The notes under the pieces are model-generated. The model ran no database searches. It was given only the letters and a program-made list of their open reading frames with translations, and was not told the origin of the DNA. A stretch of 63,302 nt of DNA, counting the filler, from Octopus bimaculoides (taxonomy: Eukaryota), in assembly GCF_001194135.2 (NCBI RefSeq). It is 8 parts of 8 records of this genome, joined end to end, with 100 filler letters (N's around TTAATTAATTAA, not from the genome) between each part and the next. Parts side by side here need not be neighbours in the genome. Positions count along the whole stretch, not along the records: positions 34,892 to 49,361 come from NC_068986.1; positions 49,462 to 60,017 come from NC_069010.1; 6 more parts are not named here. One strand, 5' to 3'. Positions 35,246 through 49,690 of the stretch are shown piece after piece. The stretch's first letter is position 1; every line of letters begins with the position of its first letter. The translations under genes and the position numbers were made by a program.

Positions 35246-38200
35246 TTCATTATATATGTATATAAACATTTTTTGTATAAATAAAACATCGGTTGAAGTT
35301 TGTCAGAAGCCGAAATTTAACCTGGTTTCCATGGCGTGTAAGTGAATGAAATTACAAAATTGACCCTTGGACTAGATGCCGATCCATCTTGAGGTATCCG
35401 TCCAAGCTATTGATGGAAATCTTGTGGAACTGAGTGTGGCAACGTGAAAGGAAGTACTTTACTGAAGAACACAGCGCACCCCCTCTCCGTCCAGTAATCG
35501 AAACCACGATCGTGAGGACAGTGCTCTAACTACTAGTCCGTGTCCCATAACAATGAAAGCATAAAATCACCATAATCTGCATTGGTGTATACTTTTGTTT
35601 GAAATTTTTTTCTCAAACTATTCATTTGAAGGAAAAATTTGTGCCTATGATTTAATTATAGATATCTTTCTCAGATTTTTTTTCCTGTGCGAAGTTAATT
35701 TTTTTTTTATTAAACCTTTGTTTCACTTCAAATATTTGATAGAAGATTTTTTTCCTGATAATTTCAATGAATGTGATATTTATCTTTTCAAAGCTTGTTT
35801 CTGGCGATTAAAGGTTAACATAACAATTGGAGGAAACAATTTCAGAAAGAGAAACAGACCACTGATTGAAGGAGGCATACTCATATTTTTCTTCAACTTT
35901 CAATATTAAACATGAATTTTATCTCCGTATTTTTCACACTTTATTAACAAACGTTTCTGACGTAAACTACTTCGTCAAATATATCTAAGAAATACTAAAT
36001 ATCGGATGTCATGAAGTTAATCTATAGTGAAGCCACGAAACAGAATTCAATCCCAGTCGTGGATTCAACAGACAGGTAACTAACACCTAAGCTAACGAAC
36101 GAGAATTTGCATGATCCAGCGACCTTCTATAAATATCATTCAAAACGCACATCTTGTTTTTAAAATGACACAAGGGCACATTAGATATGCTATATCCTTA
36201 AAACCATAAATATGTTATGGCTCGAATAGAATGCATTTAAGCAAAGATGTGTTTTCCCGAGACGAGTTGACCTGAAACTTAAAAACAATAACATCATCCT
36301 CATCAACGATTGTTTTCTACTCTGTAATGGCTGCCATATTCAAAACCTATTCGTGATCTTTTTCTTACCATGATCAAGGGTGAAAAGAAATACAATTTTG
36401 TGATATAAATGAAGAGAATGTTATATAAAAGAATTTTTATTTGGACCTGAAAGAACGGGCAGCAAATATCAATTTGCGTCGAGCACCCTCCTGATTTCCT
36501 ATACAAATAACGTTTGACTTTTCACGTAGCGCATATTCTTTAGAAATGTGGGTAACTCTCCAAATGGCTAAATTAACCATTTGAATGAGTTAAGTGAATA
36601 AATGAACAAAGGTGACAGCTTTGAAACAGCACCCAAATATTCGCCCAAACCATATCGCATCCTCTTGAGAAAGGAATTGCATAGTTGATACTGCAAACCC
36701 AGATAAAGTAGAAACTGGATTTGTCAGTTATAGGATGGTTTCTACCATAAAATTTCTGGATAAGTGATAAAATCGATTGAACAATGATAACAGCCTCTAA
36801 TGGAAAGCTGTTCACGCCAATGGCGTGAAATATGGGTTCCGTTAAACAAAAGAGAAGCGTAATTTATTTCAGGAATAAAAGACAGAGTTGGACTCTGGGG
36901 AATTTAGTTAACAATCCGAATGAAATAATAGTACGTATTTAATCAAACATAAGTGCCTTTATATGATGACTTGGCCCTCTAGAAATAGCAGCCGAGTTTT
37001 CATCAAATCATATGTTACCTCCTTTAAAAGGAATAACATAATATATATTACAACCCTTCATAGCCTATCCTGGACGAAAAATATGTAACATAACAGGATA
37101 ATCATGACCCGATACCTTTCATCATATTTCTGCCTAATCAGAGTTGGTCTGGGTCTATAACAGAATAACGACAGACAATATCAAATATAAACAATAGAAT
37201 AATATATAACAAATAACGATGTTTTGTTACGTACTTCTTTTCAATGTGAAGTCCAGTCAATATCAGTTTTTAATTTTTGCATCCATCTATGGTCTAAATA
37301 AAAGAAGTTGATTTAAATAGTTGCAGTCTATCATCTGAAATTACTGACTCGCTTCTAATTTTGGACCCCACCAGCCACCTTTTAAAAGAAAATATTAAAT
37401 ATGAAAATTTTTGTTGAACAATGGTATTTGTTTCTACATCTACAACTGCCCAATTTTCGGGTCTATATTTAATAAGACACATCATTAACTTTCACAATTC
37501 CTACCAGTCCGAAACACTTCATATTAACTGAAGCTTTCAATAAATTAAATGATTCCAAACCGTAACATCACATAATTTGCTTACAGAACATCAGGTAAAG
37601 GAATAGCGTGAATAACATGATGGCTGTTAGAGTTCCTGGTACTTATTCAGAGTTCTGCCAATGACAGGAAATCAATGCATTGTTTGCAGAGTCGCAAATA
37701 ACGCGAGGCACGTAATATGATAAGGTTTACCTAGAGTACAAGCATGTGAGAATAAGACGTCTTTATGTCTTTACTATTATTGCAGAGCGGGAAGAGACAA
37801 CTCACTGGTGTGATTGATAAAAACCTATTGTGACGGAAAGAAACTACGAATGATTTGAGTAAGTATTAGTTTCAAACGAATAAATTGTAGCAAAATCTGA
37901 CTATTTTTATGAAATGTGTCCATTTTAAACTAATCAGGAGGCGCTGATATCAAATTCATTTGCGTATGTTGTCAATATGTTTCTCAGAAATGCTTTCTAA
38001 ATTTTCCTAATGCATTGTGCATGAAATGCATAAACAAACATTAATACATTATGGTATAGTCTTTTAGCTGTATTATTGGAAGATCTAGCCATTTTCACTT
38101 ACATTTAAGATTATATTTGTTTTCCATTTTGTCTTTTTATAAAGCATTTATTAAAAAATTAAGAATCCGTTGCACAAATGCCGTACTTGCACTTTTGTCT

Positions 38201-40199
38201 TGTTCTTATATTAGGTATCAACACTTATCTTTCATAATCTTAGTATTTCACAGTCCCTGGCATGACATTTCTTTTATTTATTTGTAGATATATTCTCCTC
38301 ACACTTCAATAATTCGTTACAAGTTGTTGAAAAAGTATTATAAATGGTTGCGAAAGAAATGCACTTTAATATATTTTAGCGTCTAAAAAGAAGAATCTCT
38401 AACAAGTACCTTACCTACAAGATTTCATTAATGCTCTTCTCTTAAACTTACCAAAGGCATCTACCATCGACAATTGGCACGCTAAATTTTATTCTCATTC
38501 ATCTCCATTGCCTCGATTTATGACACTAAATCGGTAGTATTGTTCGTCTTCATTGTCGAAATACACAAAAAATAATTTAAAATATGCTCTCTTGAAAAAA
38601 TCTGTACCAAACTTTCGCTGCATTGCTGTGGTAAAGGACCAACACATGTTATAAGGAAAGTCTGGGCTGCGCGTGAACTTGCTACACTTACTACAAGTTC
38701 TGGTTGTATTAAATGGCAAGCATAAATTAGAAAAGTCAGACAACGTCGAAACACTGTTTAACAGTCAGGTATCTTTGGGTCTGAATATCTGGATAGAAAA
38801 CCAACTAACGTTAAGATAAATTAAGAAGCACTGCCTGCCGTTAATGGATTAGTGTTGTATTCAAACCAACTTAGGAAAATTCTTCAAGTAAGATATATTT
38901 CAAACTCGTTTCCTACTCAAGTAACCCTTAGAAATTGACAGTTTATTCTTCATAAGAAGCAGTATATCTGTTTACAATTTTCCTCGGATAGTAAAAGTGT
39001 GAAAAACGTCTAAATAGATACATTTAAAACTCCTATCTCATTCCCATAACCATTCAAATTTTACAGTCTATTTCCCGAAGTTCATCTGCTTTTCAGATCT
39101 CTCAGCTAAAAATACTTTTCAGTTCATAATTTCTCTGTCGTAATAATCTCACTCAAATAACGTCCTCCCTTCAGGATGTTAATGTAGAAAATGATTTAAT
39201 GCACGATTCCGCAAAATTGAGTGTTTGGGGGGAGGAGGGAGATATAGTCTTTTTCTCTTATTATTTCACTGTAATAAATCAACAAAAGAATTGTGATGTG
39301 TCCGTTTTGTAAAGTTTTAAGTCAAAGGAATTGTTTAAAACAAAGAATTAATGTCATTGCGAACTTTTCTGAATACCAACACATTGCAGTTTTACATTTT
39401 CAGCGGCTGCAACTGACGTGTTAGACAAATGTTGAAATCATATTTGAAATCAGTGTCCCAATATGAATATAAAACTGCATTTATGCTCGAAAGCGCAAAT
39501 TTGTTGTAGAACATTTTACTTTCAATCGTATGAAGAAAGAGGATAATATAAATGTAGATACGTGATAGTAACCGCAACAACAATAATTTCAGTTGTGGTT
39601 ATAGTAAAAACGAGAACAAGACGTATGGCAACTATAACAGTGGATTGATTCGTAATTGATGTTTTCTGTCGGGTACTAGTAGGAAGCATTCCCATTTACG
39701 CCGTTTTATAGAGGTAAAAATTGTAAATGTCTGGAGGATGTAAATAGAACAAAATTTTCTGGTTTGTTTTGGTTTTTATTAAGTATTTCGTGGATCTAGA
39801 GAAATTCTAAAATTGAGACTATTCTGTAATCTAAGGTAACAGTGATACTGAAATAGAATATAATCATCCTAAATATCTAATTAAGAGGATTTTAAGTCAA
39901 CAATAAAGATGCTCTGTATTCCGTGCATGAAGAAAATGAGATTTATCAAAATCTCTCTTTCAGAAGAGAAATGCAAACGTCAACATGAGCCACAAAGGCC
40001 ATCTGAACGGTTAATAAATACCTAGACACAACAAAGAACCAACAAAACAAACATAAACCCATAATAAAATCATATTCACGTCTAATACACCCTCTTGTTA
40101 ACGAGCATTTGGCCTGTCGGAGGTAGAGCATCGGCATGGACCACAAACCGCAGCTACTGAAGTATTTTAACCGGAGAATTTTCTCATATTTAACATGGT

Positions 40200-40265
40200 A
40201 TCCAGCGAATTCATCTACAACAATTCGTCTACAACAATTTATCTACGGGTACAATTCATTTACAA

Positions 40266-40304
<39 letters not shown>

Positions 40305-40418
40305 AACAATCAACCACACGCGCGCCGCGCACACTCATACAACCACATACACACACACATGCAACCACATACACAAACAACCACACACACATGTATACAA
40401 CCATACACATACATGCAA

Positions 40419-40461
<43 letters not shown>

Positions 40462-40520
40462 TACATGCAACCACACAAACATACATCCATACACAGACGA
40501 ATTGTAGACGAATTCACTTA
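40200..40520. mobile_element. Possible foldback/MULE-type MITE relic with tandem-repeat termini around a (CA)n core
   Basis: Left end has four aattcRtctacaac-like units (40207-40266). Right end agacgaattgtagacgaattc (40495-40515) is their reverse complement. Confidence 0.4.
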
Positions 40521-41223
40521 GAAGCGTCGAAGATATCCAGTTGCTGTCATTATTACTGTTAAGTTTCACTTTAATTATATTGGATTGCACGTGGTGTTAT
40601 TTCATTTCTCTACTCTGCCGTTTGTCTAATCCAGTGTGTATCTTTATCGTAATGTATATTTTCATTTAATTCTTTTGCACAATGTTTGAAATTCTGTTAA
40701 TACTATTGATATTTACATTGAAGATATCCATAATTGAGCAGACTTACAATCAAAGATATTGTAACACTTATTCTTTTTCATTCACAGTGTACTTCGTACT
40801 AAAGACTCCAAATATTTCTTTCCAGTTTTGAGGTGGCAAAGTTCAATTTAAGAATGAATTGGTTGCTATTATTAGAAGGCCTAGTGACCACATAGAGGCT
40901 TTGTTCAAGTAAACTTATGATCAAAATACTTTGTCACTGTTAACATCTATTTTTTTTTTGTTGGTTTTTTTTTTCATTTGTTCGATGCCACCGTAGAAAC
41001 TGAGTGAAGTAGGTCATATAATATGTATATATTTAGCTTTGTGCTTCAGTGCAAATATTTTGTTGAAGATCTCGGTTGTTTGTTCTGTGTTATTTCATAA
41101 GCTTGTTTCTGTCAATCAAGATTTATTGATTTTTAATTGTCATTTCTTGTATTTTACATATTCTGTTATTCTCATAGATGCCAATCGCGTAAAATATCAG
41201 TTACGCTTTGTTTTTGATGATGC

Positions 41224-41254
<31 letters not shown>

Positions 41255-42184
41255 GGTGGTGGTGGTGGTGTTGATGTCACGTTTTACGAATTCAGTGTGC
41301 ACATGCGCATTGCGTGTTCGCTTCTTTTTCCGGTTCAAAACAGTTTACAGATCCCAACCATCTCATAGAGTGCGTTCGTGAATAGCGCTTTGCGCTCCAA
41401 TGGTTGTGGAAATACTCTAAAACATATTTGAATTAGTCTTAAGTTTGTATTCTTTCACTCACTCCTTTGCACATCTAATCACGAATTTAAGACCATTCTC
41501 TATAACCCGGGCAATCCGGAGTATTCTATTACAAATTATAAATAAAACCTTCAAAATTTGAAGTCCAATTTTTATTTATCATCTCATTGTATGATTGCCC
41601 ACATCTCCGTGTGTCTTGATTCATGCAGGATGTACTTTTGATTGTTTCTCTTATTATATGGAAATTAAGCTTTGTGATAGATCTGAATCGTCTTATGAGA
41701 ATATTTTCTATATAATGTGTATATTACTACGTCCTCGCGCGTTGGGGCTATTTAGTTGTCTACTTCAACTCTTATCACTTCTTGTGTCTAGAGAGGAGTG
41801 TCTATATAAATATAAAAATATGAACGTATATGTGTGTATAAATTTGTATTTATATATGTGCGCATATTTCGATGATTGCGTGTGTGTGTGTGTGTGTGAG
41901 TGTGTGTGTGTGTGAGTGTTTGTGTGCTTGTGTATCTGTGTGCATATGTGTGCGTTTATCTCTGTATATATAAGCTTGTATGTAATCTTATTTACTACTG
42001 ACGGCTAAATATTTCCTTTCTTTCATTTTCTGTTCATTCAAAATTAATAACGTTAACGTTATATTCAACTCAATTGAAAGTGTTGTGTCTATTTCTGTGT
42101 ATAGATTTATGTTTGTCTATATCGGTGAATAGCCGTATTTTTAGGTGTGGTTTCTCTTTGTCTCTGTCTTTTAATATTTTTCTA

Positions 42185-42258
<74 letters not shown>

Positions 42259-43074
42259 GCTTTACTTGAACTCTTCACCGCGTTTCTGTTTGATACAATC
42301 TGAAGCATTCGGTTCTTTGTATCTTCCATCAGGATGTTCTTTACTGCCACGTTCTTCTCTCACGCTTAAGTTACTCATACCATCGCTCTCTCTCTCTCTT
42401 GAGCAATACTTCACCTTCTCCATTACCCTTTTAACTACTATTGTTCTTCATTTACTTGTTCCCAGCCCATATAACGTACCATTTCCATCCCGTAAACATG
42501 TTCTGAGAGGAAGGGCAGGAACCATAACTTTAGACTCTTTCCTTTGACTGTTACAGAACAATACTTGTAAATTACTTTTTGCAGGCTTAGATCATCAATA
42601 ACTTTCTAGTAGTGTTTGGGAATTTAGCTTGTTAAAGCTTTAAGCCCTACTTGTCCCCTTATTACTGTAGGTTGTGATTTGAGTGAAATGTAGTTGTTAT
42701 TTTTATCGGATCAAGTGGATGCTTAGAGGATTCCTCATTTACTTTGTTGTACCTTCTGGTAGACATGGTATATCCTTAAGAATGGGCATACGGAAAGAGA
42801 AACATATTTAGAGGGGTGAAGGAAGGGTCCGTCAAGAGCGATGCTGTTATGGTAGTGATCATTTTGCGACTGTTCTATAAGCTTGTATAGGCTATATTAC
42901 CCAAAAGAAGCACAAACTAAAGAGATACCCCGGACGACACACACTCTAGCTAGTAACTATGAAAAATGCATTGTTAGATTGTTTGTCAACGATTTCCAAC
43001 GATTTCCAAAGATTATTTATTGTAATAAATTTTTTCTTATGCTTTACTTATACACGCGGTTTTAAATCTAAGTT

Positions 43075-43485
43075 TTCTAAGCAACAGCATGGTTATATAT
43101 GGCACGTGCCACCTCTTTCCATTCTGAAACAGAATTGAGAATACAAAGGCGTTTGTTGCCATCAATTTCTCAGCATCTTTCAATTGCTTTCACTTTAATC
43201 GTCTACTTTCTGCGAATTATTCATTGATCTTCTCTAAAAGTTTCTCATAATTTGTCACTTTCCTTGAAAACAGAGAAAGATTTCTTCTTTAGAAATAATA
43301 CATTTCTAAACCTCTCAGAGAAATTTATGCAATTGTATGCTATCAATTTAATGTGACAGTCCCCTGAAGGGAATAATACTACTGTTGGTTAGACCTAGTA
43401 GGCTACAGCGCTTCCTGTCAGCCTGGACACATTTCCTGTGTCCTTATGTTTACGAGGAGGAGACAAGCACCTCCACCCAGCTAGG
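43075..43485 (-). mobile_element. PLE-associated repeat (same family as 5735-5990) followed by a decayed ORF start
   Basis: 43300-43485 aligns to 5735-5940. Downstream on the minus strand is the broken frame VTNYEKLLEKINE*FAESRRLK*KQLKDAEKLMATNAF. Confidence 0.45.
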
Positions 43486-44776
43486 TTTCTTCTTCTCAAG
43501 TTGTTTCTATGTTTTCTTCTATATAATCATTATGAGTATACAAGAGAAAACTAAGTAAAAATGGGGGTTTTCTGCTGCATTCAAGCCGTGTGAAAATTAA
43601 CTGCTAATGTCTATTAATGGACAACATATTCGAAATACATTAATTAATTTTCTTCTTTCTGTATCTAATCTCATCAATCTTTTGTGCTCCTCTTTTCTTT
43701 CTTGTATTCTAGAAGCCTTTATCGATCAGGGTTGTCAACATACCTGTAGTTCTATGTCCAAATCTGAGCAATGTGAAAGCTGCCGTTTAAGAGTCAATAC
43801 TGCTTGACCCCAGCATCATCGCACCGGCAATCGATATGTGTTTTGAACTGATACAAACCTTAGGAATCTTTAAACATTATTCCAATCCACCACACCTTGG
43901 AACTTTTTATCGACTCCCAAAATACGAAAGACAAATTTGACTTCAACATGATCTCAACACACAGCACAGTGAGTCGCAGTGAATATTATGAATCATTTTA
44001 CCGAACACTACAACCATTGCACTTATTCACTGCTTCATTACTTCAAAATTCAGTTTATTTGTAGAAAGGTTAATGTATGTTTTGCTGTGTTTTAGTTGTT
44101 TTGATTTTGGGCTTTGGTTTCTTGTCTTCTTGGACTCACAAAACTGGTTACCCAGCGTATAAGTGACCGGAACAAGACGCCGGTCTATTGTAGGGTTCAA
44201 CGCCAGCAGTTGGTCAAGTCGAATACTTCGAACTCAATACTTCGCTTGTACTGTCATTTTCTCAACTCCGAATGCAATTGAACTCAGAACATAAAGAGCC
44301 CAAAGAAATGCTGCTAAGCATTTTCACCGACTCGCTTACGAGCCTGACAGATTTTAGCTTTGGTTAATGTATCAATGCCGCTTATTTAATTCTTAAGGCG
44401 ATGTCCTTTTTTCTTTTCTATAAATTCATCTACTAGCTTTGTATCATTCTCCTTTTTTTCCCCAACAGCAAAACAATTGAAGTTAATACAGAAATATCAA
44501 GACATTGACTGGAAACTAAAAAAATTATTAATACGTTTTAACGTCATCATCCTTATAATAATTGCCACCATCAATATTATTATTAGTAAGAATAAATTTT
44601 CTTCTCTCTCTATTCAACTTGCTGCTTAGTTGAAGACGTTTCTCCTCAGCTACTTGGCAAATATGTCTGGGAATTTTTTTAAAATACATCAAAACCACGT
44701 ATTTTCCTTCTAAGAATAGATGAAATTTCTTAGAGCCTTTCTTAACCATTAATATTGATTTCTCATCAATTACACA

Positions 44777-44840
<64 letters not shown>

Positions 44841-44972
44841 NNNNNNNNNNNNNNNNNNNNNNNNNNNNNNNNNNNNNNNNNNNNNNNNNNNNNNNNNNNN
44901 NNNNNNNNNNNNNNNNNNNNNNNNNNNNNNNNNNNNNNNNNNNNNNNNNNNNNNNNNNNNNNNNNNNNNNNN

Positions 44973-45007
<35 letters not shown>

Positions 45008-45622
45008 TTAACTATTTTTCTAACGCGACTCTCTCTATATCTATCTCCCCATCTCATTCTTCCCTCTACTGTTCTTCGCCTCTACCTGTCACTACTTCTC
45101 TCTCTCTCTGTATATATATCTCTTGTTACTCGTCCTTCGCCTCTCACCGTTACTACTACTATCTCTCTCTCTCTCTCTCTCTCTCTCTACCTCTCGTTGC
45201 TCACTTTTATTCTACTTCCTCCCCTCCTTTTCCCTCTGCTACTCTTTCTCTTCACACAGCCTTGGTCACGTGTGTCCGGCTGCTATTTCTTTCCGTTCTT
45301 GGAATCACCAAGCTCGCCCGTACTTCTTTGCCCCTCCTGTACGTGCTTCACAGCGTTCGAGACATACACACTTCACGTCTGGCTGTACAGCCTTTTTGTT
45401 TGTTTATTTCACCGTTTCGNNNNNNNNNNCGAAACGCCGGAGTTTTAATGATGGCAGCTGATGAAGGGGATGTTTCTATGTGGCCTGCTTGTTTGTTGCA
45501 CCTTGTTTACCATTTTGTCGTTGTTCTTTTGCCACGTCATGTACCCAGTTATGTATCTATATGTACATGTAGATGAACGTATATACATACATGTACATAT
45601 ATATGCATATACTCATATATTG

Positions 45623-45662
<40 letters not shown>

Positions 45663-46429
45663 TATTGATAGATAGATAGATGCACATACACACACTCATA
45701 CACACATTTACTTCAGACTTGGTAGTCAACCCATCAAAATATGCGAGTATAACCTGATGCTAAGAATAAGTTTCAACGGCAATAATTCAACTGTATTACA
45801 TTATTCTCTGCGGTTTATTATGTAACGAAACATTTACGAGTGAATAAACCGTGTTTATGCTGCTATGGTTCCACAACGAATATCCGCATTGTTAAGGCGC
45901 TGTTAAATTATTCTCATAGGTTTTGTTTTATTATCATACGCTTGTTTTCTTCCTCCATTTTTCTTAGAAACTTCTATTCGCTACCTCATGATGAATGAAC
46001 TGCACCTGAAAATTTTCACAGTACGTTTTGTTAATGTTGTCCCTACCATTATGTTTATGGAGATTTTGAAGAGTAACTTTCCAGTGTTTTGTTTTAATTG
46101 TCATAATTAGAATGTTAGACGCAAAATTCTCAATAGCTGTGACTACGTTTTATTTTCTTTCGTTCTTTCTTTCAAATGGCTATTCCCAGTGCAATTAGTT
46201 TAATTAGGAACTCTGTTGAATTTATTTGTTAATGGTTAACTGGACAAAACAATCACACTGTATTATTGCTTTTTACTTGTTATTAATATAATTTCATTTA
46301 TTTATTTATTATCAATATCATTATTAAAGCCATTAGTATATAGAAAACAAGAAAATATTAACATTACTTTTACTTTAAATTTTGATAATTAATAATAATA
46401 TTAACAGTCACTACAATTGCAATTACAGT

Positions 46430-46456
46430 TACAGCAATAATAATAATAATAATAAC

Positions 46457-46499
<43 letters not shown>

Positions 46500-46560
46500 G
46501 TAATAATGATAATAATTATAATAATAATAATAATAATTAATAATAATAATAATAATGATA

Positions 46561-46659
<99 letters not shown>

Positions 46660-46660
46660 A
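46430..46660. repeat. (AAT)n directly followed by (ATT)n, a self-complementary microsatellite
   Basis: Direct reading; the strand switches near 46560. Confidence 0.9.
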
Positions 46661-46661
46661 A

Positions 46662-47125
46662 TGCCCTAATGCAGTACGAGACGGGATCTCTCATGGCTTC
46701 TGATCTTAACTGAGTGGAAGTGTTTCCATGTATATTGTTTTGTCTTGGTATAAAAGATGAGAAACAGCAAATATTCTGCTCAATACCACGGATTTTCTTG
46801 TCAAGTGTTTGACCCTAATCTAGTTGAGCATGTCCCTTAGTGGCTGACGATATGTACATCTCTGATCACGAGCAAAAGTGGTTGGGGAGCATCATGGCCA
46901 TGTTTTGAAAGAAATTCTTTGGAGTTTGGATAATTCACCTCTGGAAACATAGGTGTTTCATTCGACATCCTTAAAAAACATTTATTCAGGGACCTTTTGA
47001 GCGGGATGGTCTAACTGGGCCCCAACTGCAAGATTATGCGCTCTTTATTTTGATATGAGTTCACCATGTCACGCACATGTGGTTGTCTTGCACGTGCCTG
47101 GTGTATCCTTATCAGACGGATACTC
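46662..47125 (-). mobile_element. Unclassified dispersed repeat with an (AAT)n tail (inverted partial copy at 50972-51236)
   Basis: 46860-47105 is the reverse complement of 50972-51236, for example gatatgagttcaccatgtcacgcacat versus tgtgcgacatggtgatctcatatc. Confidence 0.6.
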
Positions 47126-47139
47126 ATGATAGAGATGCT

Positions 47140-47310
47140 GTTACGTTCTGAGTTCGAATTCCGCCGAGGTCGACTTTGCCTTTCATCCTTTCGGAGTCGA
47201 TAAATTAAGTACCAGTTACGCATTGGGGTCGATGTAATCGACTTAATCCCTTTGTCTGTCCTTGTTTGTCCCCTCTACGTTTAGCCCCTTGTAGGCAATA
47301 AAGAAATAAT
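47140..47310 (+). mobile_element. SINE family A 3' half, near-consensus
   Basis: Reads gttacgttctgagttcgaattccgccgaggtcgactttgcc...aataaagaaata. Confidence 0.85.
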
Positions 47311-49461
47311 AAACCTAGAGGTAAATCAAGGAAACCAAAATATTCTTCTGAGTTACGGGTACGCTTACTCTCTCAGATGTATTTTACAGCCCGCACTCGT
47401 TTCTGAAATGAAGCTCATTTACTCACGCTATGCTGAATAAATTCATTTCCTTCCCAGCAAATTTACTGAAAACTGAAATATCCCTAACCACCCTCTCTTT
47501 CCTCTCTAAAAAAAAACTGAAGAAAATTAATGACGCCTTGGCTCGAAAAGGAAATGTCCTGCTTCAATTGTTTCTGTGACATCTTTCACACTAAATTTTC
47601 GTCAGAGTTACAAACAGAAGACTGCCACTTTCGTTGGACCAAAGAAAAACAAAATAGCAGCAGAAAAGTCAACACCATAGGCTCGACCGAATTTCGGGAC
47701 CGTCCTACATCCTACAATAGCTACTTGATAAAACTTTATATTTCAGCTATACTAAGACACTGAACAATTTCGTACAAAATGTTTTTTCATAAATCGTTCA
47801 TTTCAGATATTCCCGTCTAGTGGAGTTGTCGCAATTGAACAGTGTCCTCGACAACACTGCTGAGCCATGGAATTCTGCAATGAAATTCAGAATGAAAGTT
47901 TTCCTGAATGGGCCTACAAATTGATATTTGAGAAGTCGTCCTTTTTCGTCACTATTAATCCTGTATAAAATGCTAGCACAAATGTTCTGTCGGACGCGTT
48001 GCGTTACCCGACTGAGGTACAGCTGCGAGACCTTGACAACATTTCAGATGCAAAGTATCCAGTCTCGATATACGGTTGACTCCTAATTACAGCTTCATCA
48101 AAGAACGGGTTGCAGAAAAATATATCTGACAAAGCATGACTGTCCCAACTCACCACCTTTGAATCTTCGTAGATTCTGCAATGTTATATCGATGTCTCGT
48201 ATCGTCATCTCTGCGATTCTCAACCCTTTATTCGTAGAGTTTTAACAGCATTAGCAAGTAGGCATCCCAATTTAGTTGGAGAATAACTGATACCAGTCAC
48301 CATGCCCAGGAAAAAAATAAAGCAGAATAGTCTCCCTTCTTTGAACAAGTTTACCGACACAACTTCTCCTATACCATTCCTACATAATACTGTCAACTCA
48401 AATCTCAATTTCATTCCTATCTATTTGAGGATCCAGACTGTTTCATTCACCTAGGATTCCCTCTCTAGATATGGAGATGCAAACCTACTGGTTTGCCGGC
48501 ATTAGATTTTGCTTTAGCCACCGTCCAACATTCCGCTACAACGGTTCCGTATCAATATACATACATATATTCATACATATATCTATATATATACATATAT
48601 ATACTTATGTATGTATCTGAATATGCATGTGTATCTATAAATGTATATATATATATATACACACACGCACACGCATATGCCTTATTATTTTATTATTTGA
48701 GATAACATGTACATCATATTAGTTAATATTTGGAATAGCATGTGATACCCAAATCTACTCCACAATTGAAAACCTATTTGTATATTCAATAGGATATTAT
48801 ACAAATGGGAGTGCGTGACAATAATGATATTACAGGTGATAAGAAATCCTATTAAAAATAATGTTCTGCGTCTGTGAGCCGAAGTTATTGTGTGCATTCG
48901 TGTATGCGTATGTGCGCATGTGTCTGCATGTGTACGCGTGCGTGCGCGCGCGCGTGTGTGTGTGTGTGTGTGTGTGTTGAGGATCGTGCCGAACTTAAAC
49001 TTGCACGATACATGAGCATGCTGTATTCTAAAATTATTTGAAAGGATTGGTGAATTAGTAAATGCTCCATGATCTTTAAATGAATTTAAATAATGAGGGA
49101 TTGATTGATAGATTAAGAATCTACGGATGAAAAATTTAAGCAGCCGTATTGATGTTTAGTAAAACATTGTTTACAACCCGGTAGTACTTAATTAAGATAG
49201 ACACACCCATGTATCATATTTAGTGTATATACACGGTTGATGACTTAAAAGGCGAAAATTCATTCAGCGTGCTTGCTGGCCGCTGCTACACATAGATACA
49301 TACATACATATGCATACATAAATACATACTTACTTACATATATATATATACATACATATATNNNNNNNNNNNNNNNNNNNNNNNNNNNNNNNNNNNNNNN
49401 NNNNNTTAATTAATTAANNNNNNNNNNNNNNNNNNNNNNNNNNNNNNNNNNNNNNNNNNNN

Positions 49462-49690
49462 TACACTATCTAATGTGTTCTTGTCGTTTAGCCCCAGGTC
49501 ATTCCTCATCCAGTAGACTTATGATCAAAGATGTTCCAGCTGTGACCATCCTGTCTTTTATTCAGACAACGCATCAAGGACTACACTATCTAATGTGTTC
49601 TTGTCGTTTAGCCCCAGGTCATTCCTCATCCAGTAGACTTATGATCAAAGACGTTCCAGCTGTGACCATCCTGTCTTTTATCCAGTCATA
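49462..49690 (+). repeat. Tandem duplication with a 120-bp period, adjacent to a linker
   Basis: tacactatctaatgtgttcttgtcgtttagcc starts at both 49462 and 49582. Confidence 0.85.

Noticed and set aside
38495-38743. 82-aa minus-strand ORF with a CSKC motif
   Set aside because: No recognisable family and no supporting exon structure.
41290-41420. Cluster of NRF1-, ETS- and CCAAT-like motifs suggesting a promoter
   Set aside because: Short degenerate motifs are expected by chance and no transcript start evidence is available.
47800-48545. CpG-rich stretch with AECWTV reminiscent of an RTE C-terminal region
   Set aside because: Only one short motif matches and the rest cannot be aligned by eye.
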